This document shows, piece by piece, positions 1-9,149 of a DNA stretch of 64,000 bases (positions are counted from its first letter, which is position 1; each line of letters starts with the position of its first letter). The notes beneath the pieces are model-generated. The model was not told the origin of the DNA, made no database searches, and saw only the letters and a program-made list of their open reading frames with translations. Source of the stretch: Alphaproteobacteria bacterium (GTDB taxonomy: Bacteria; Pseudomonadota; Alphaproteobacteria; UBA828); contig CBDCRW010000003.1 in NCBI GenBank assembly GCA_965221125.1, positions 384,001-448,000 on the forward strand, given 5' to 3'. A program made the position numbers and the translations under genes.

Positions 1-668
1 GCGAGACGGAAGCCTACTCCATCACCCATGAGCGGACGGCCACCAAGCCGATCATCGCGAGTCTCGTCACCGCGCTGCTCGGCACGGCGATCGCGGTCAT
101 TGCCGGCACCATGGGCGCCTATGCGGTCTCCCGCTTCATGGTCGGGCGCAACCTGCCCTTGGGCGTGCTCCAGCTCCGGCTCTTCCCGCCGTTAGCCGTG
201 ATGATCCCGGTGATGATCATGTGGGCCTTCATCGGCGCCATGGATTCCTGGTGGGGGCTCTCGCTCATCTACGGCATCGTCACGCTGCCCTTCGCCTTCT
301 GGCTGATGAAGACCTTCTTCGATGAAGTGCCCAGGGAAATCGAGGAGGCCGCGCTCGTCGAGGGCTGCAGCTGGTTCCGCGTGTTCTGGAAGATCACGCT
401 GCCCATGGTGAAGGCGGCGCTCGCCAGCACCACGCTCTTCGTCTTCATCCTCAACTGGAGCGACTACGTCATCGCCCTGCTGCTGACGCGCAAGGAGTGG
501 GTGACGATCCCGGTCTACATGAACTCGCTGTCGTCGGCGATGACCGGGCAGATGTACGGCGCCAAGGCGGCGCTCGGGCTGATTGCCGTGGTGCCGCCGG
601 TGGTCTTCGGCATCGCGATCCAGAAATACCTGGTGCGCGGCCTCACCTTCGGGGCGCTGAAGCAATGA
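1..668 (+). CDS. Carbohydrate ABC transporter permease (5' truncated by window edge)
   Basis: Frame is open from position 3. Hydrophobic TM segments and EAA loop (EIEEAALVEGCS); C-terminal QKYLVRGLTFGALKQ is typical of MalG-like permeases. Confidence 0.9.
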   Translation, partial: ETEAYSITHERTATKPIIASLVTALLGTAIAVIAGTMGAYAVSRFMVGRNLPLGVLQLRLFPPLAVMIPVMIMWAFIGAMDSWWGLSLIYGIVTLPFAFWLMKTFFDEVPREIEEAALVEGCSWFRVFWKITLPMVKAALASTTLFVFILNWSDYVIALLLTRKEWVTIPVYMNSLSSAMTGQMYGAKAALGLIAVVPPVVFGIAIQKYLVRGLTFGALKQ

Positions 669-1618
669 GCGCGGCAAGCGCGAAATCCAGGCGGCCCGTG
701 CTCACGCCGCTGGAGCGCCAGGGCAAGGTGCTCGGGCTCTACCTGACGCTGCCGGCCCAGCTCCTGCTGCTCTTCATCGTCGCCTTCCCGCTGGTGATGC
801 AGCTCTACGTGAGCTTCACCTGGTGGGGGCCGCTCGACGGCACGCCCTGGTACATGGCCTACGAGAGCGCCAACCTCTTCGGCAACTACGGCGACCTCTT
901 CGACGATTCCAAGCTCTGGGGCTCGATCGGGCGGACCTTCCTGATCGTCGCCGTCTGCGTGCCCATCGAGTTCCTGCTGGGCCTCGGGCTCGCGATCCTC
1001 TTCGCCGAGAAGTTCGTGGGCAAGCGGCTGTTCTACTCGATCATGCTGATGCCGATGATGATCGTGCCCGCGGTCGCCGGCTACATGTTCTTCATGCTGT
1101 TCCAGAGCTCTGGCCCGATCAACGACCTGCTCAGCCGGATCAGCGGCACGGAGGTCGAGATCCTGTGGCTGGCCGACGGCACGCTCGCGATGATCTCGGT
1201 GATGATCGCCGACATCTGGCAATGGACGCCGCTGATGTTCCTGATCCTGCTGGCCGGGATGGTGGGCGTGCCCGAGGACCAGATGAAGGCGGCGACGCTG
1301 CTGGGCGCCAACGCCTGGCAGCGCTTCTGGCGCATCGTGCTGCCGCGCATGAAGATGGTGATGATCATCGCGCTGGTCATCCGCACCATCGAGTGCATCA
1401 AGATCTTCGACATCCTCTACGTGATGACCGGCGGCGGGCCGGGGACGGCGACCAAGTCGATCTCGGTCTACATCCTCGACCTTACCTTCAAGGACCTGGA
1501 ATGGGCCTACGTGGCGGCGCTCGGCCTGTTCATCCTGATCTGCCTCAGCGTGTTCGCGGTGATCGGGCTGATCCTGATGCAGCGCGCCCAGCGCCGGAAC
1601 GAGACCATGCCCGCGTGA
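665..1618 (+). CDS. Carbohydrate ABC transporter permease (MalF-like)
   Basis: ATG at 665 overlaps the upstream TGA (ATGA). Motifs DIWQWTPLMFLILLAG and FDILYVMTGGGPG. Confidence 0.9.
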   Translation: MSAASAKSRRPVLTPLERQGKVLGLYLTLPAQLLLLFIVAFPLVMQLYVSFTWWGPLDGTPWYMAYESANLFGNYGDLFDDSKLWGSIGRTFLIVAVCVPIEFLLGLGLAILFAEKFVGKRLFYSIMLMPMMIVPAVAGYMFFMLFQSSGPINDLLSRISGTEVEILWLADGTLAMISVMIADIWQWTPLMFLILLAGMVGVPEDQMKAATLLGANAWQRFWRIVLPRMKMVMIIALVIRTIECIKIFDILYVMTGGGPGTATKSISVYILDLTFKDLEWAYVAALGLFILICLSVFAVIGLILMQRAQRRNETMPA

Positions 1619-1640
1619 GCGGGCTTAACCCCCTGCCCTC

Positions 1641-2411
1641 GTGAGACTCGCCGGCAGACACGCGGTCGTCACCGGCGCCGCATCCGGTATCGGCCGCGAG
1701 ACGGCCCTCCGCTTCGCCGAGGAAGGCGCGGCGGTGGTCTGCGCCGACCGCGACGCAGAAGGCGCGGACGCGATCTCCGCCTCGATCGCAGCCAGCGGCG
1801 GCAGCGCGCGGGCGGTGGGCTGCGACATCACCAGCGAGGGCGACGTGGAGCGCCTGGCCGAAGACGCCCTGGCGGCGCTGGGGCGCATCGACGTGCTGGT
1901 GAACAACGCCGGCGTCACCATCCTGGGCGGCGTGGCCGAGCTTTCGGAGGCCGACTGGCAGCGGGAAATCGACATCAACCTGAGCGGCGCATATCGAGTC
2001 TCGAAGGCGTTCTGGCCGCATCTCGTGGAGGCCGGCGGCGGCGCGATCCTGAGTACGGCCTCCATCGCCGGCGTCATCGCGGCGCCACAGGACGCAGCCT
2101 ACGTCGCTTCCAAGGCCGGGCTCATCATGCTGACGCGCTGCATGGCGCTCGACGGCGCCGCCTCGGGCATCCGCGCCAACTGCATCTGCCCCGGCTTCGT
2201 GGACACGCCCATGTTCGACGGCTTCCTCGCCGACCAGCCGGACCCGGAGTCGGCGCTGGCCCGCTGCGCGGGCCGCACGCCGCTGGGCCGCATCGGCACG
2301 CCGCGCGACATCGCTGACGGCTTCGTCTATCTCGCCTCCGACGACGCCAGGTGGATCACCGGCACGGCGCTCGTCATCGACGGCGGACTCACCGCCGGCC
2401 TCACGGAGTGA
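1641..2411 (+). CDS. Classical SDR oxidoreductase
   Basis: TGAASGIG, NNAG, YVASK, VIDGG motifs; GTG start. Confidence 0.92.
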   Translation: MRLAGRHAVVTGAASGIGRETALRFAEEGAAVVCADRDAEGADAISASIAASGGSARAVGCDITSEGDVERLAEDALAALGRIDVLVNNAGVTILGGVAELSEADWQREIDINLSGAYRVSKAFWPHLVEAGGGAILSTASIAGVIAAPQDAAYVASKAGLIMLTRCMALDGAASGIRANCICPGFVDTPMFDGFLADQPDPESALARCAGRTPLGRIGTPRDIADGFVYLASDDARWITGTALVIDGGLTAGLTE

Positions 2412-2423
2412 CGGGCGGCCTCC

Positions 2424-3350
2424 GTGAGCCGCGTCGAGCAGAGCGGCTCCCGGCTGGTGCCGCTCGCCATGCTGCTGTTCGGCGCCTGCAGCTACGCCAT
2501 GACCTTCTCGCTCAACCGGATGGCGATTACCGAGGGCATTCCGGTGTTTCCCTTCGTCTTCTGGCAGGGGGCGGGCGCAGGCGCGGTCGCGCTGGTGGCG
2601 GGGCTCGCCCTCGGGCAGCGGCCGAAGCTCGCGCCCGCCTACCTCCGCTTCTATTTCATCTTCGGCTTCATCGGCATCGCGCTGCCCTACACCATGCTGG
2701 CGCTGGCGGCGCCCCGGGTGCCGGCCGGCGCGGTCGCGCTGACGCTCACGCTCTCGCCCATCCTCACCTATGCCTTCGCGACCCTGTTCCGGCTGGACCG
2801 CGTGCGGCTGCTGCGGGTCGCGGGCATCCTGCTCGGCCTCGCAGGCATCCTGGTGGTGCTGGCACCGGGGACCAGCCTGCCCGACGCCGACATGGCGCCC
2901 TGGCTTCTCTTGGCCTTCGGCTCGCCGGTCTGCTACGCCTTCGGCAGCGTCGCGGTGGTGTTCCTGCGCCCGGCCGGCAGCCAGCCGATCCCGCTCACCT
3001 GCGGCATCGCGTTCGCGAGCGCGATCCTGGTGCTGCCGGTGATGGCCATCGCAGACAGCTGGTGGGTCTTCGACGGCACCATGACCGCCGGCGACTGGTC
3101 GCTGATCGGCGGCGGCGCGCTCACGGCCTGCTTCTTCGTCATCGGCCTCGAGGTCATCCGCATGGTCGGGCCGGTCTTCTTCTCGACCAACGGCTACATC
3201 GGCCCGCTGGCCGGCATGGGCTGGGCCGCGCTCTATTTCGGCGAGGTGCCGAGCCCCTGGATCGGTCTCGCCGTCGCGCTGCTCTTCGCCGGCCTCTTCC
3301 TGGTCAACCGCACCTCTCGGCCCGTGATCCGTGCAGGGCCAGGACCGTAG
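2424..3350 (+). CDS. DMT/EamA family transporter
   Basis: 308 aa with about 10 hydrophobic segments in a two-repeat EamA layout; YFGEVP motif near the C-terminus. Confidence 0.85.
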   Translation: MSRVEQSGSRLVPLAMLLFGACSYAMTFSLNRMAITEGIPVFPFVFWQGAGAGAVALVAGLALGQRPKLAPAYLRFYFIFGFIGIALPYTMLALAAPRVPAGAVALTLTLSPILTYAFATLFRLDRVRLLRVAGILLGLAGILVVLAPGTSLPDADMAPWLLLAFGSPVCYAFGSVAVVFLRPAGSQPIPLTCGIAFASAILVLPVMAIADSWWVFDGTMTAGDWSLIGGGALTACFFVIGLEVIRMVGPVFFSTNGYIGPLAGMGWAALYFGEVPSPWIGLAVALLFAGLFLVNRTSRPVIRAGPGP

Positions 3351-3357
3351 CGTACCG

Positions 3358-4215
3358 GTGCTGCGCGTCCTGACCTTCAATACCGGGCTCACCGAGATCC
3401 GCCTGTTCGGCGCGGCACTCTACGAGGACGTGCCGCATGTCGTGCCGCGCGCCGCCGGCCTCGCCCCTGCGCTGCGGGCGGTCGGCGCGGATATCGTGCT
3501 GCTGCAGGAGCTGGTGCCGCAGCGCGTCAAGAAAGCGCTGGCGGCGGCGCTTCGCGATCTCTACCCCTACCGCGCCGGCATCGCGGAGGACAGCCGCTTC
3601 TACGGCACCGGGCTGCTCACCCTCTCGCGCCACCCGCTGGAGGACGCCGCGTGCACCCCGTTCGCAGCGCAGACGCTGGAGGAAGGCCTCTTCGGCCCGC
3701 GCGGGATGCTGAGCTGCACGGTGCGGACGCCCGCCCTCGGCCGCTGCCGCGTCGTCAACCTTCACGCGACGGCGGGCGGCGCCTACCGGCAACGCCGGCG
3801 CCAGGGGGCGGCCAGCCGGCGGGACGCGCAGATCGCCGAGGCCATTGCTGCTGCCGCCGCGCCGTTCGCGGGGCCGGTCGTGCTCGCGGGCGATTTCAAC
3901 AGCGACCCCGCCACGGATGCGGCGGCCGATGCGCGCCTCAGCGCCGCCGGCTTCGCCGACGCCGCCGCCCTCGCGCCGGACCCGGCCCGCCGCCGAAGCA
4001 CGTGGGACCCGGCCAATCCGCTCAACCGCAGCCGGGCCGGCGCCGCCCCGCGCCGGGTCGACCATATCTTCGTTCGCGCCGGCAGCGGCCAGCCTGTCGA
4101 AGCGCGCGATGTGCGTATCGTCCTCGACGAGGCGGCGGTGCCGGTGCCGGACGGCGGCCCGGTGCCGCTCTCCGACCACTACGGCCTGCTTGCCACGCTC
4201 GCACCCGGCGCGTGA
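3358..4215 (+). CDS. Endonuclease/exonuclease/phosphatase (EEP) family protein
   Basis: LRVLTFN, DIVLLQE, LAGDFNS, RVDHIF, SDHYG motifs. Start uncertain (3331 or 3358). Confidence 0.88.
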   Translation: MLRVLTFNTGLTEIRLFGAALYEDVPHVVPRAAGLAPALRAVGADIVLLQELVPQRVKKALAAALRDLYPYRAGIAEDSRFYGTGLLTLSRHPLEDAACTPFAAQTLEEGLFGPRGMLSCTVRTPALGRCRVVNLHATAGGAYRQRRRQGAASRRDAQIAEAIAAAAAPFAGPVVLAGDFNSDPATDAAADARLSAAGFADAAALAPDPARRRSTWDPANPLNRSRAGAAPRRVDHIFVRAGSGQPVEARDVRIVLDEAAVPVPDGGPVPLSDHYGLLATLAPGA

Positions 4216-4357
4216 GGGATTTGAAGACGGCGCGAGCCTGCTAGAGCGCGTCCGGCCTTGACGGACGCGCGACAGGCCGCGACCGCGGCCCGCCGCGAAT
4301 GCGGCGCGCCCGCGCAGGCGCCGGCCAACGGCCGGCTGCCGTGAGCGACAAAGAGTC

Positions 4358-4388
4358 AGAGCGTTTCCGTGCAAAACGGAAACGCTCT
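4358..4388. repeat. Perfect 13-bp inverted repeat hairpin (AGAGCGTTTCCGT-gcaaa-ACGGAAACGCTCT), REP-like
   Basis: Arms at 4358-4370 and 4376-4388 are exact reverse complements; intergenic. Confidence 0.7.
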
Positions 4389-4447
4389 AGTATGCACGCG
4401 GTCGTGAGAGCGCTTCCGCCGACGGCCCCAAGCGACGGAGATGGCCC

Positions 4448-5908
4448 GTGATGGACGATGCAAGCAGCACCACCGCGAGCGCCGGCGACGACAGCGCCGC
4501 GCCCGTCAGTAACCCGAACTCCCTCGGCGCGCGCAACGTGGCCCACGTCGCCCACGGCTACGGCAACCTCGACGCGCTGGAGCGGACGCCGCCGCTGGTC
4601 GTCACCCGCGGCAAGGGCGTCTCCATCATCGACGAGGAGGGCCGCGACTACATCGAAGGCGTGGCCGGCATGTGGTGCGCCAACTTCGGCTTCAGCGAGA
4701 GCGCGCTGGTGGACGCGGCCATCGAGCAGTTCCGCGCGCTGCCCTACTACCACTCGCTGATCGACAAGACGACCGAGCCGATGGGGCGGCTCGCCGAGCG
4801 GCTGAAGGCGTCCACGCACGTGCCGATGGCGCGGGTGTTCTTCGCGAACTCGGGCTCCGAGGCCAACGACACGCTGGTCAAGCTCGCCTGGTACTACCAC
4901 AACGCCATCGGCAAGCCGGAGAAGAAGAAGATCATCTCCCGCTTCATGGGCTTCCACGGCGTGACCTGCGGCGCGGCCAGCGTCACCGGCATCCCGCAGA
5001 TGCACACGGACTTCGACCTGCCGGTGAACGATCTCTTCCTCAAGACCGACTGCCCGCACTACTACCGCTACGGCGAGCCGGGCGAGAGCGAGGAGGACTA
5101 CGCATCGAGGCTCGCGGGCAACCTCGAAGAGCTGATCGTGCGCGAGGGGCCGGAGACCGTCGCGGCCTTCTTCGCCGAGCCCGTGATGGGCGGCGGCGGC
5201 TGCATCGTGCCCCCAAAAACCTACTTCGAGAAGATGCAGGCGGTGCTCGACAAGTACGAGGTGCTGTTCTTCGCCGACGAGGTCATCACCGGATCGGGCC
5301 GGACCGGAAGCTGGCTCGGCTCCGAGACCTTCAACATCCGGCCGGACGGGCTCTCGCTCGCCAAGGGGCTCGCCAGCGCCTACCAGCCGATCTCGGCGGT
5401 GATGATCAACCAGAAGCTCTACGACGCCATGCTGGCCGAGAGCCGCAAGCTGGGTTTCTTCGCCCACGCGTTCACCACCACCGGCCACCCTGTGGCGGTC
5501 GCCGTGGCGCTCCGCTGCCAGGAGCTGATGGAGGAGCGCGACGTGCTCGGCAACGTGCGCCGCGTGGGGGCGCTGCTGCAGGAGCGCATCCGCAGCTTCA
5601 CCGACCACCCGCTGGTGGGCACGACGCGGGGCGTCGGCATGATGGCCGCCATCGAGCTGGTGGCGGACAAGGAGACGCGGCGCTCGTTCGACCCGGCGTG
5701 CGGCGTGAAGACGTATGCGGTGGACCGCGCGCGCGAGCACGGGCTCATCATCAGGAGCGCGCTCGCCGGCGACAGCCTCGCCTTCGCGCCGCCGCTGGTG
5801 ATGACCGAGGCGGAGGTGGACGAGATGATGCGCCGCTTCGCCCTGGCCCTCGACGACACCACCCGCTGGGTGGCCGAGAACGGCCTGCAGACGAAGCAGG
5901 CGGCTTAA
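4448..5908 (+). CDS. Class III (omega-amino acid/polyamine) PLP aminotransferase
   Basis: NSGSEANDT, FFAEPVMGGGG, DEVITGSGRTG, catalytic Lys in LAKGL. Confidence 0.93.
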   Translation: MMDDASSTTASAGDDSAAPVSNPNSLGARNVAHVAHGYGNLDALERTPPLVVTRGKGVSIIDEEGRDYIEGVAGMWCANFGFSESALVDAAIEQFRALPYYHSLIDKTTEPMGRLAERLKASTHVPMARVFFANSGSEANDTLVKLAWYYHNAIGKPEKKKIISRFMGFHGVTCGAASVTGIPQMHTDFDLPVNDLFLKTDCPHYYRYGEPGESEEDYASRLAGNLEELIVREGPETVAAFFAEPVMGGGGCIVPPKTYFEKMQAVLDKYEVLFFADEVITGSGRTGSWLGSETFNIRPDGLSLAKGLASAYQPISAVMINQKLYDAMLAESRKLGFFAHAFTTTGHPVAVAVALRCQELMEERDVLGNVRRVGALLQERIRSFTDHPLVGTTRGVGMMAAIELVADKETRRSFDPACGVKTYAVDRAREHGLIIRSALAGDSLAFAPPLVMTEAEVDEMMRRFALALDDTTRWVAENGLQTKQAA

Positions 5909-5955
5909 GAACCATCGCCCTTGCCTCGACTCGTAACTGCAGGATCGACCGGCGC

Positions 5956-6333
5956 TCAGAAGGCGATACGGCGGACGCCGGCGACCACGTCAAAATGCCG
6001 GTCGTTGCTCAATACAGGGAGACCGTGCTGACGGGCGAGCGCCGCGATCCAGACATCGTTCGACGGTATGGGAGCCCCCATCCGCTTCAATTCCAGGCGT
6101 ATTTCGGCATAGGCGTGGGCCGTCGCCGATGTGACGGCCGCGATTTCGGTAAGCGACAGATAGCGGGAAAGCCACGCCTCATAGCGGTCTCGAAGACGCG
6201 ACTGACGGATGCCGAAGTAGTACTCGCCGAGTACAACACTCGGCACCACCAGGCGGTCGGCCGCGCGCAGCGGGGCTTCGACCGCGACGTGGCCATCCGC
6301 CCACGCAGACACGGCGTTGGTGTCGAGGATCAT
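5956..6333 (-). CDS. vapC: PIN-domain toxin VapC
   Basis: ILDTN, conserved E, NDVWIAA, SNDRHF acidic PIN residues; overlaps the upstream antitoxin by 4 bp. Confidence 0.92.
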   Translation of the reverse strand: MILDTNAVSAWADGHVAVEAPLRAADRLVVPSVVLGEYYFGIRQSRLRDRYEAWLSRYLSLTEIAAVTSATAHAYAEIRLELKRMGAPIPSNDVWIAALARQHGLPVLSNDRHFDVVAGVRRIAF

Positions 6334-6596
6334 GTTACGTCTTCGGGCGAGAGCCGTTCGAACTCGTCCTCAATTAATTCCAGTACCCTGCGGTTCTCCT
6401 CCCGAATATCGGACAGCGCTCCGAAACCGGCCATCCACGGCGGTTCCTCGTCGGCGGCGCTCCCACCCTCTGCGGAGCGCCGAAGTTTCTCCTCAAGCGC
6501 TTCGGTAAAGAACCGTCTCAACGTCATGCCGCGGGCGGCGGCCAGAGCCTTGCTCTGCCGAAACACGGTGTCGGGAAGTTCCACAGTCGTCTTCAT
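6330..6596 (-). CDS. vapB: Antitoxin VapB (RHH-type)
   Basis: MKTTVELPD...KALAAARG RHH-like N-terminus, acidic tail, directly upstream of the PIN toxin. Start set to the ATG at 6596. Confidence 0.85.
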   Translation of the reverse strand: MKTTVELPDTVFRQSKALAAARGMTLRRFFTEALEEKLRRSAEGGSAADEEPPWMAGFGALSDIREENRRVLELIEDEFERLSPEDVT

Positions 6597-6810
6597 GTGG
6601 CCATATTCCCATAAATACGGTAGCGCGTCAAGTCGCGATATCATGCCGCCAATATGACGGCCGCCCCGTTCGTCCACCGTTGGCACGGAATTCTATGCGA
6701 AGCCCTGTCATCCCGACTCCCCGGACCATGGTGCGGTGTTGGGTAGCGTACGACTAGGGTACGCTGGAGCACGATAATTCTTTATATCTCAGCAAATTGC
6801 CGTATTCCAG

Positions 6811-7080
6811 TTGGAGGCGCTTCGGGGTGAGAGGACGCTTCGAGAGATTGGCTCGCAGCATCAGGTTCATCCGAACCAGGTGGGCGCTTGGAAGAGCCAG
6901 GGGGTCGCGGGCTTGGTGGAGTTGCTCTCGAAGGGCGCGGAGTGTCGTGCGCGTGGCCATGAGCGCGAGATTCGGGATCTTCACGCCAAGATCGGGGACT
7001 TGTTTGATCGTAGAGCGGGATTTTCTCTCGCGGGTCCCGTCGCTGAGCGGGGCCAAAAGGCGAGTCCCGGGCAAGCAACG
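6811..7080 (+). pseudogene. IS3-family transposase OrfA remnant
   Basis: LEALRGERTLREIGSQHQVHPNQVGAWK...IRDLHAKIG, then VERDFL in another frame. No N-terminus and no OrfB. Confidence 0.8.
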
Positions 7081-7281
7081 AAATTCGATGACGAGGACAT
7101 GGAAAGCCAGTCGTGGTCTGGGGTTTGATTCGATCCGGTTACGGTACGATGACAGATGGCTCTCTTGATCCTGCGAATGGAGCGAAGAAGCAAGGAATTT
7201 CGTAGGGTTGCGCGTGCCGCCGCCGCATCGGGTCGCGATTCTGACGAAATAAGGGCATGTCGTGACTTCCGGGACGAGCAT

Positions 7282-7400
7282 CTAGCTGAGACGGGTGAAC
7301 TCGGCGTCGGTTAGGAACCGATTCCGCTTGCGCCTGAGGTTCGACGGGATGGACTGGCAGGTGTCATCGCAGCCATCGGGCACCACCATGTCGCAGCCCC
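7282..7400 (-). pseudogene. Tyrosine integrase internal fragment
   Basis: RRKRNRFLTDAEFTRL resembles the RFLxxxE start of the integrase catalytic domain; very short and degraded. Confidence 0.5.
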
Positions 7401-7510
7401 TAGCGAGCTTGTCCATGTTGCTCCGGGTCAGCAGCCGCCAAGCCCGTTCCATAGGCCTCCGCTGCGCCTGATTGTGCATTTGACCATGCTTACCCGATGC
7501 TTATCCGAAG

Positions 7511-7542
7511 AAAAAGGCTTAGGCGAAATGCCCTAAGCCCTT
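7511..7542 (-). terminator. Rho-independent terminator downstream of the tRNA 3' fragment
   Basis: Minus strand reads aagggcttagggcatttcgcctaagccttttt: GGCTTAGG/CCTAAGCC stem followed by a T run. Confidence 0.65.
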
Positions 7543-7550
7543 GAAAACAA

Positions 7551-7595
7551 TGGTATGCCCGCCCGGACTCGAACCAGGCACCCTCTAATTAGAGG
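7551..7595 (-). pseudogene. tRNA 3'-half fragment (att-site scar)
   Basis: Minus strand cctctaattagagggtg-CCTGG-TTCGAGT-CCGGG-cgggcat-ACCA has an intact T arm and CCA. No D arm or 5' acceptor strand upstream. Isotype not callable. Confidence 0.75.
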
Positions 7596-7870
7596 ACTCG
7601 ATATTTTCGTTTTGAATCAAGGTATTTTCCACATTCGAGCCACTTTCCCCCCCTGAGTATCACTGACTTATCGTCGAAATGTAAAACAGTTTTCGTGGCT
7701 GATAGAGGGGCAAGAGGGGTCAGAACGACATCCGGCAGACAAGCTCATCGGTGGCGCGTTCGCGATTGTGGTTCGGCGCGCAAGTTGGGCGTCGATCGGC
7801 GTGGTAAGGCTTTGAACTCCGTTAATTCCGAGGGGTCAAACGAAGACGCCGAACATCTATGGACGCCCCC

Positions 7871-8126
7871 GTTGATGCAAGCAGTTCTTTGAACGCCTTG
7901 GAGCATGCGGTCAGGTGCTTACATCTATCCGGCCTGTTGATGCGGCGCGTAACTCTGGCGCCGCTGGCCCGCATGGAGATACGCGGATCGGGTCCATATC
8001 AACAGTGCGAGCTCGAAGGCTCTTTGTTCGGAAGCTGGTTTGCCCGATCCCGTCTCGTTGACCGTTTTGCCCTTGCCCGTCCTCCGTCCTGCCCGCATCC
8101 CCGACGACGTTCCGCGCTTCGCCTTC
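7871..8126 (-). ncRNA. Putative bridge RNA / seekRNA in the 3' non-coding region of the IS1111 element
   Basis: Two stem-closed loops (stems 7985-7992/8043-8050 and 7904-7910/7969-7975) carry segments matching the target flank and the donor junction. Exact transcript ends unknown. Confidence 0.8.
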
Positions 8127-9149
8127 TCAGGCGGCGACGGGAAGCCGGTAGGTCTCCTTCCTCGTCTCCAGCGCCCACACGATACGCGCCATGCGGTTGG
8201 CCAGGGCCACCGCGACCAGCATCCTCGGCTTGCGCGCCAGCATCCTGGCCAGCCAGGGGTCAGCCGTCTCGCCGCGTCGAATCGCGTGCCTGACAACCGT
8301 CATGGCGCCCGTGATCAGGAGGCGCCTGAGGTCGCGCTGGCCCATCCTCGATATCTTGCCCAGCCTCGGCTTGCCGCCCGTCGTGTGCTGGCGCGGCACG
8401 AGGCCGAGCCAGGCGGAGAAATCGCGCCCGCGCCGGAAGCTCTCCATCGGCGGTGCAAAGGCCTGGAGCGCCATCGCACAGATCGGACCGATCCCGGGGA
8501 TCGTCATGAGCCGCATCGCCTCTTCGTCCTGGCGCGCGCTCGCCTGAAGCGCCTTCCCAAGGCTGTCGATCTTCGCACTGAGCACGGCGATCTGCTCGAG
8601 GAGAAGGCCGGCCAACTCCCGAACCTGCTCCGGCAAGTCGCAACCCGGGGCTTCCAGCGCCACAGCCAGCCGACCGACATGAGCCGGTCCCTTGGGCGCG
8701 ATCACGCCGAACTCCGCCAGGTGGCCCCTCAGCGCGTTGATCGTCTGCGTCCGCTGACGCACCAGAAGATCGCGCGTGCGGAACAACATCGCCCGGGCCT
8801 GCTGATCCTGCGTCTTCACCGCCACCAAGCGCATGCTCGGCCGCTGCGCGGCTTCGCAGATCGCCTCCGCGTCCGCCGCGTCGTTCTTCTGCCGCTTCAC
8901 ATACGGCTTGACGTAGATCGGCGGGATCAACCTCACGTCGTGGCCAAGCTCATGGAACGCCCGGCCCCAGTGGTGTGCACTCGCGCAAGCCTCCATCGCC
9001 ACTTCACAACGCGGCCGAGAGGCCAGAAAGCTCTCAAGCTTCTCCCGGCTCAGCTTCTTGCGGAATGCAACCGACCCGTCTGCCCGAACACCGTGAAGCT
9101 GAAAGCTGCGCTTCGCCAGATCGATCCCGATGATGCTAACCTCTTCCAT
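8127..9149 (-). CDS. IS110-family DEDD recombinase/transposase
   Basis: GIDLAK, MEAC, KNDAADAEAI (DEDD), IPGIGP, WLGLVP, TGGK; strong AGGAGG RBS before the ATG at 9149. Confidence 0.95.
   Translation of the reverse strand: MEEVSIIGIDLAKRSFQLHGVRADGSVAFRKKLSREKLESFLASRPRCEVAMEACASAHHWGRAFHELGHDVRLIPPIYVKPYVKRQKNDAADAEAICEAAQRPSMRLVAVKTQDQQARAMLFRTRDLLVRQRTQTINALRGHLAEFGVIAPKGPAHVGRLAVALEAPGCDLPEQVRELAGLLLEQIAVLSAKIDSLGKALQASARQDEEAMRLMTIPGIGPICAMALQAFAPPMESFRRGRDFSAWLGLVPRQHTTGGKPRLGKISRMGQRDLRRLLITGAMTVVRHAIRRGETADPWLARMLARKPRMLVAVALANRMARIVWALETRKETYRLPVAA

Noticed and set aside
7551-7630. Intact tRNA, possibly an amber (CTA) suppressor
   Set aside because: CTCTAAT could be read as a CUA loop, but there is no D arm and no 5' acceptor strand pairing with CGGGCAT; treated as an att scar.
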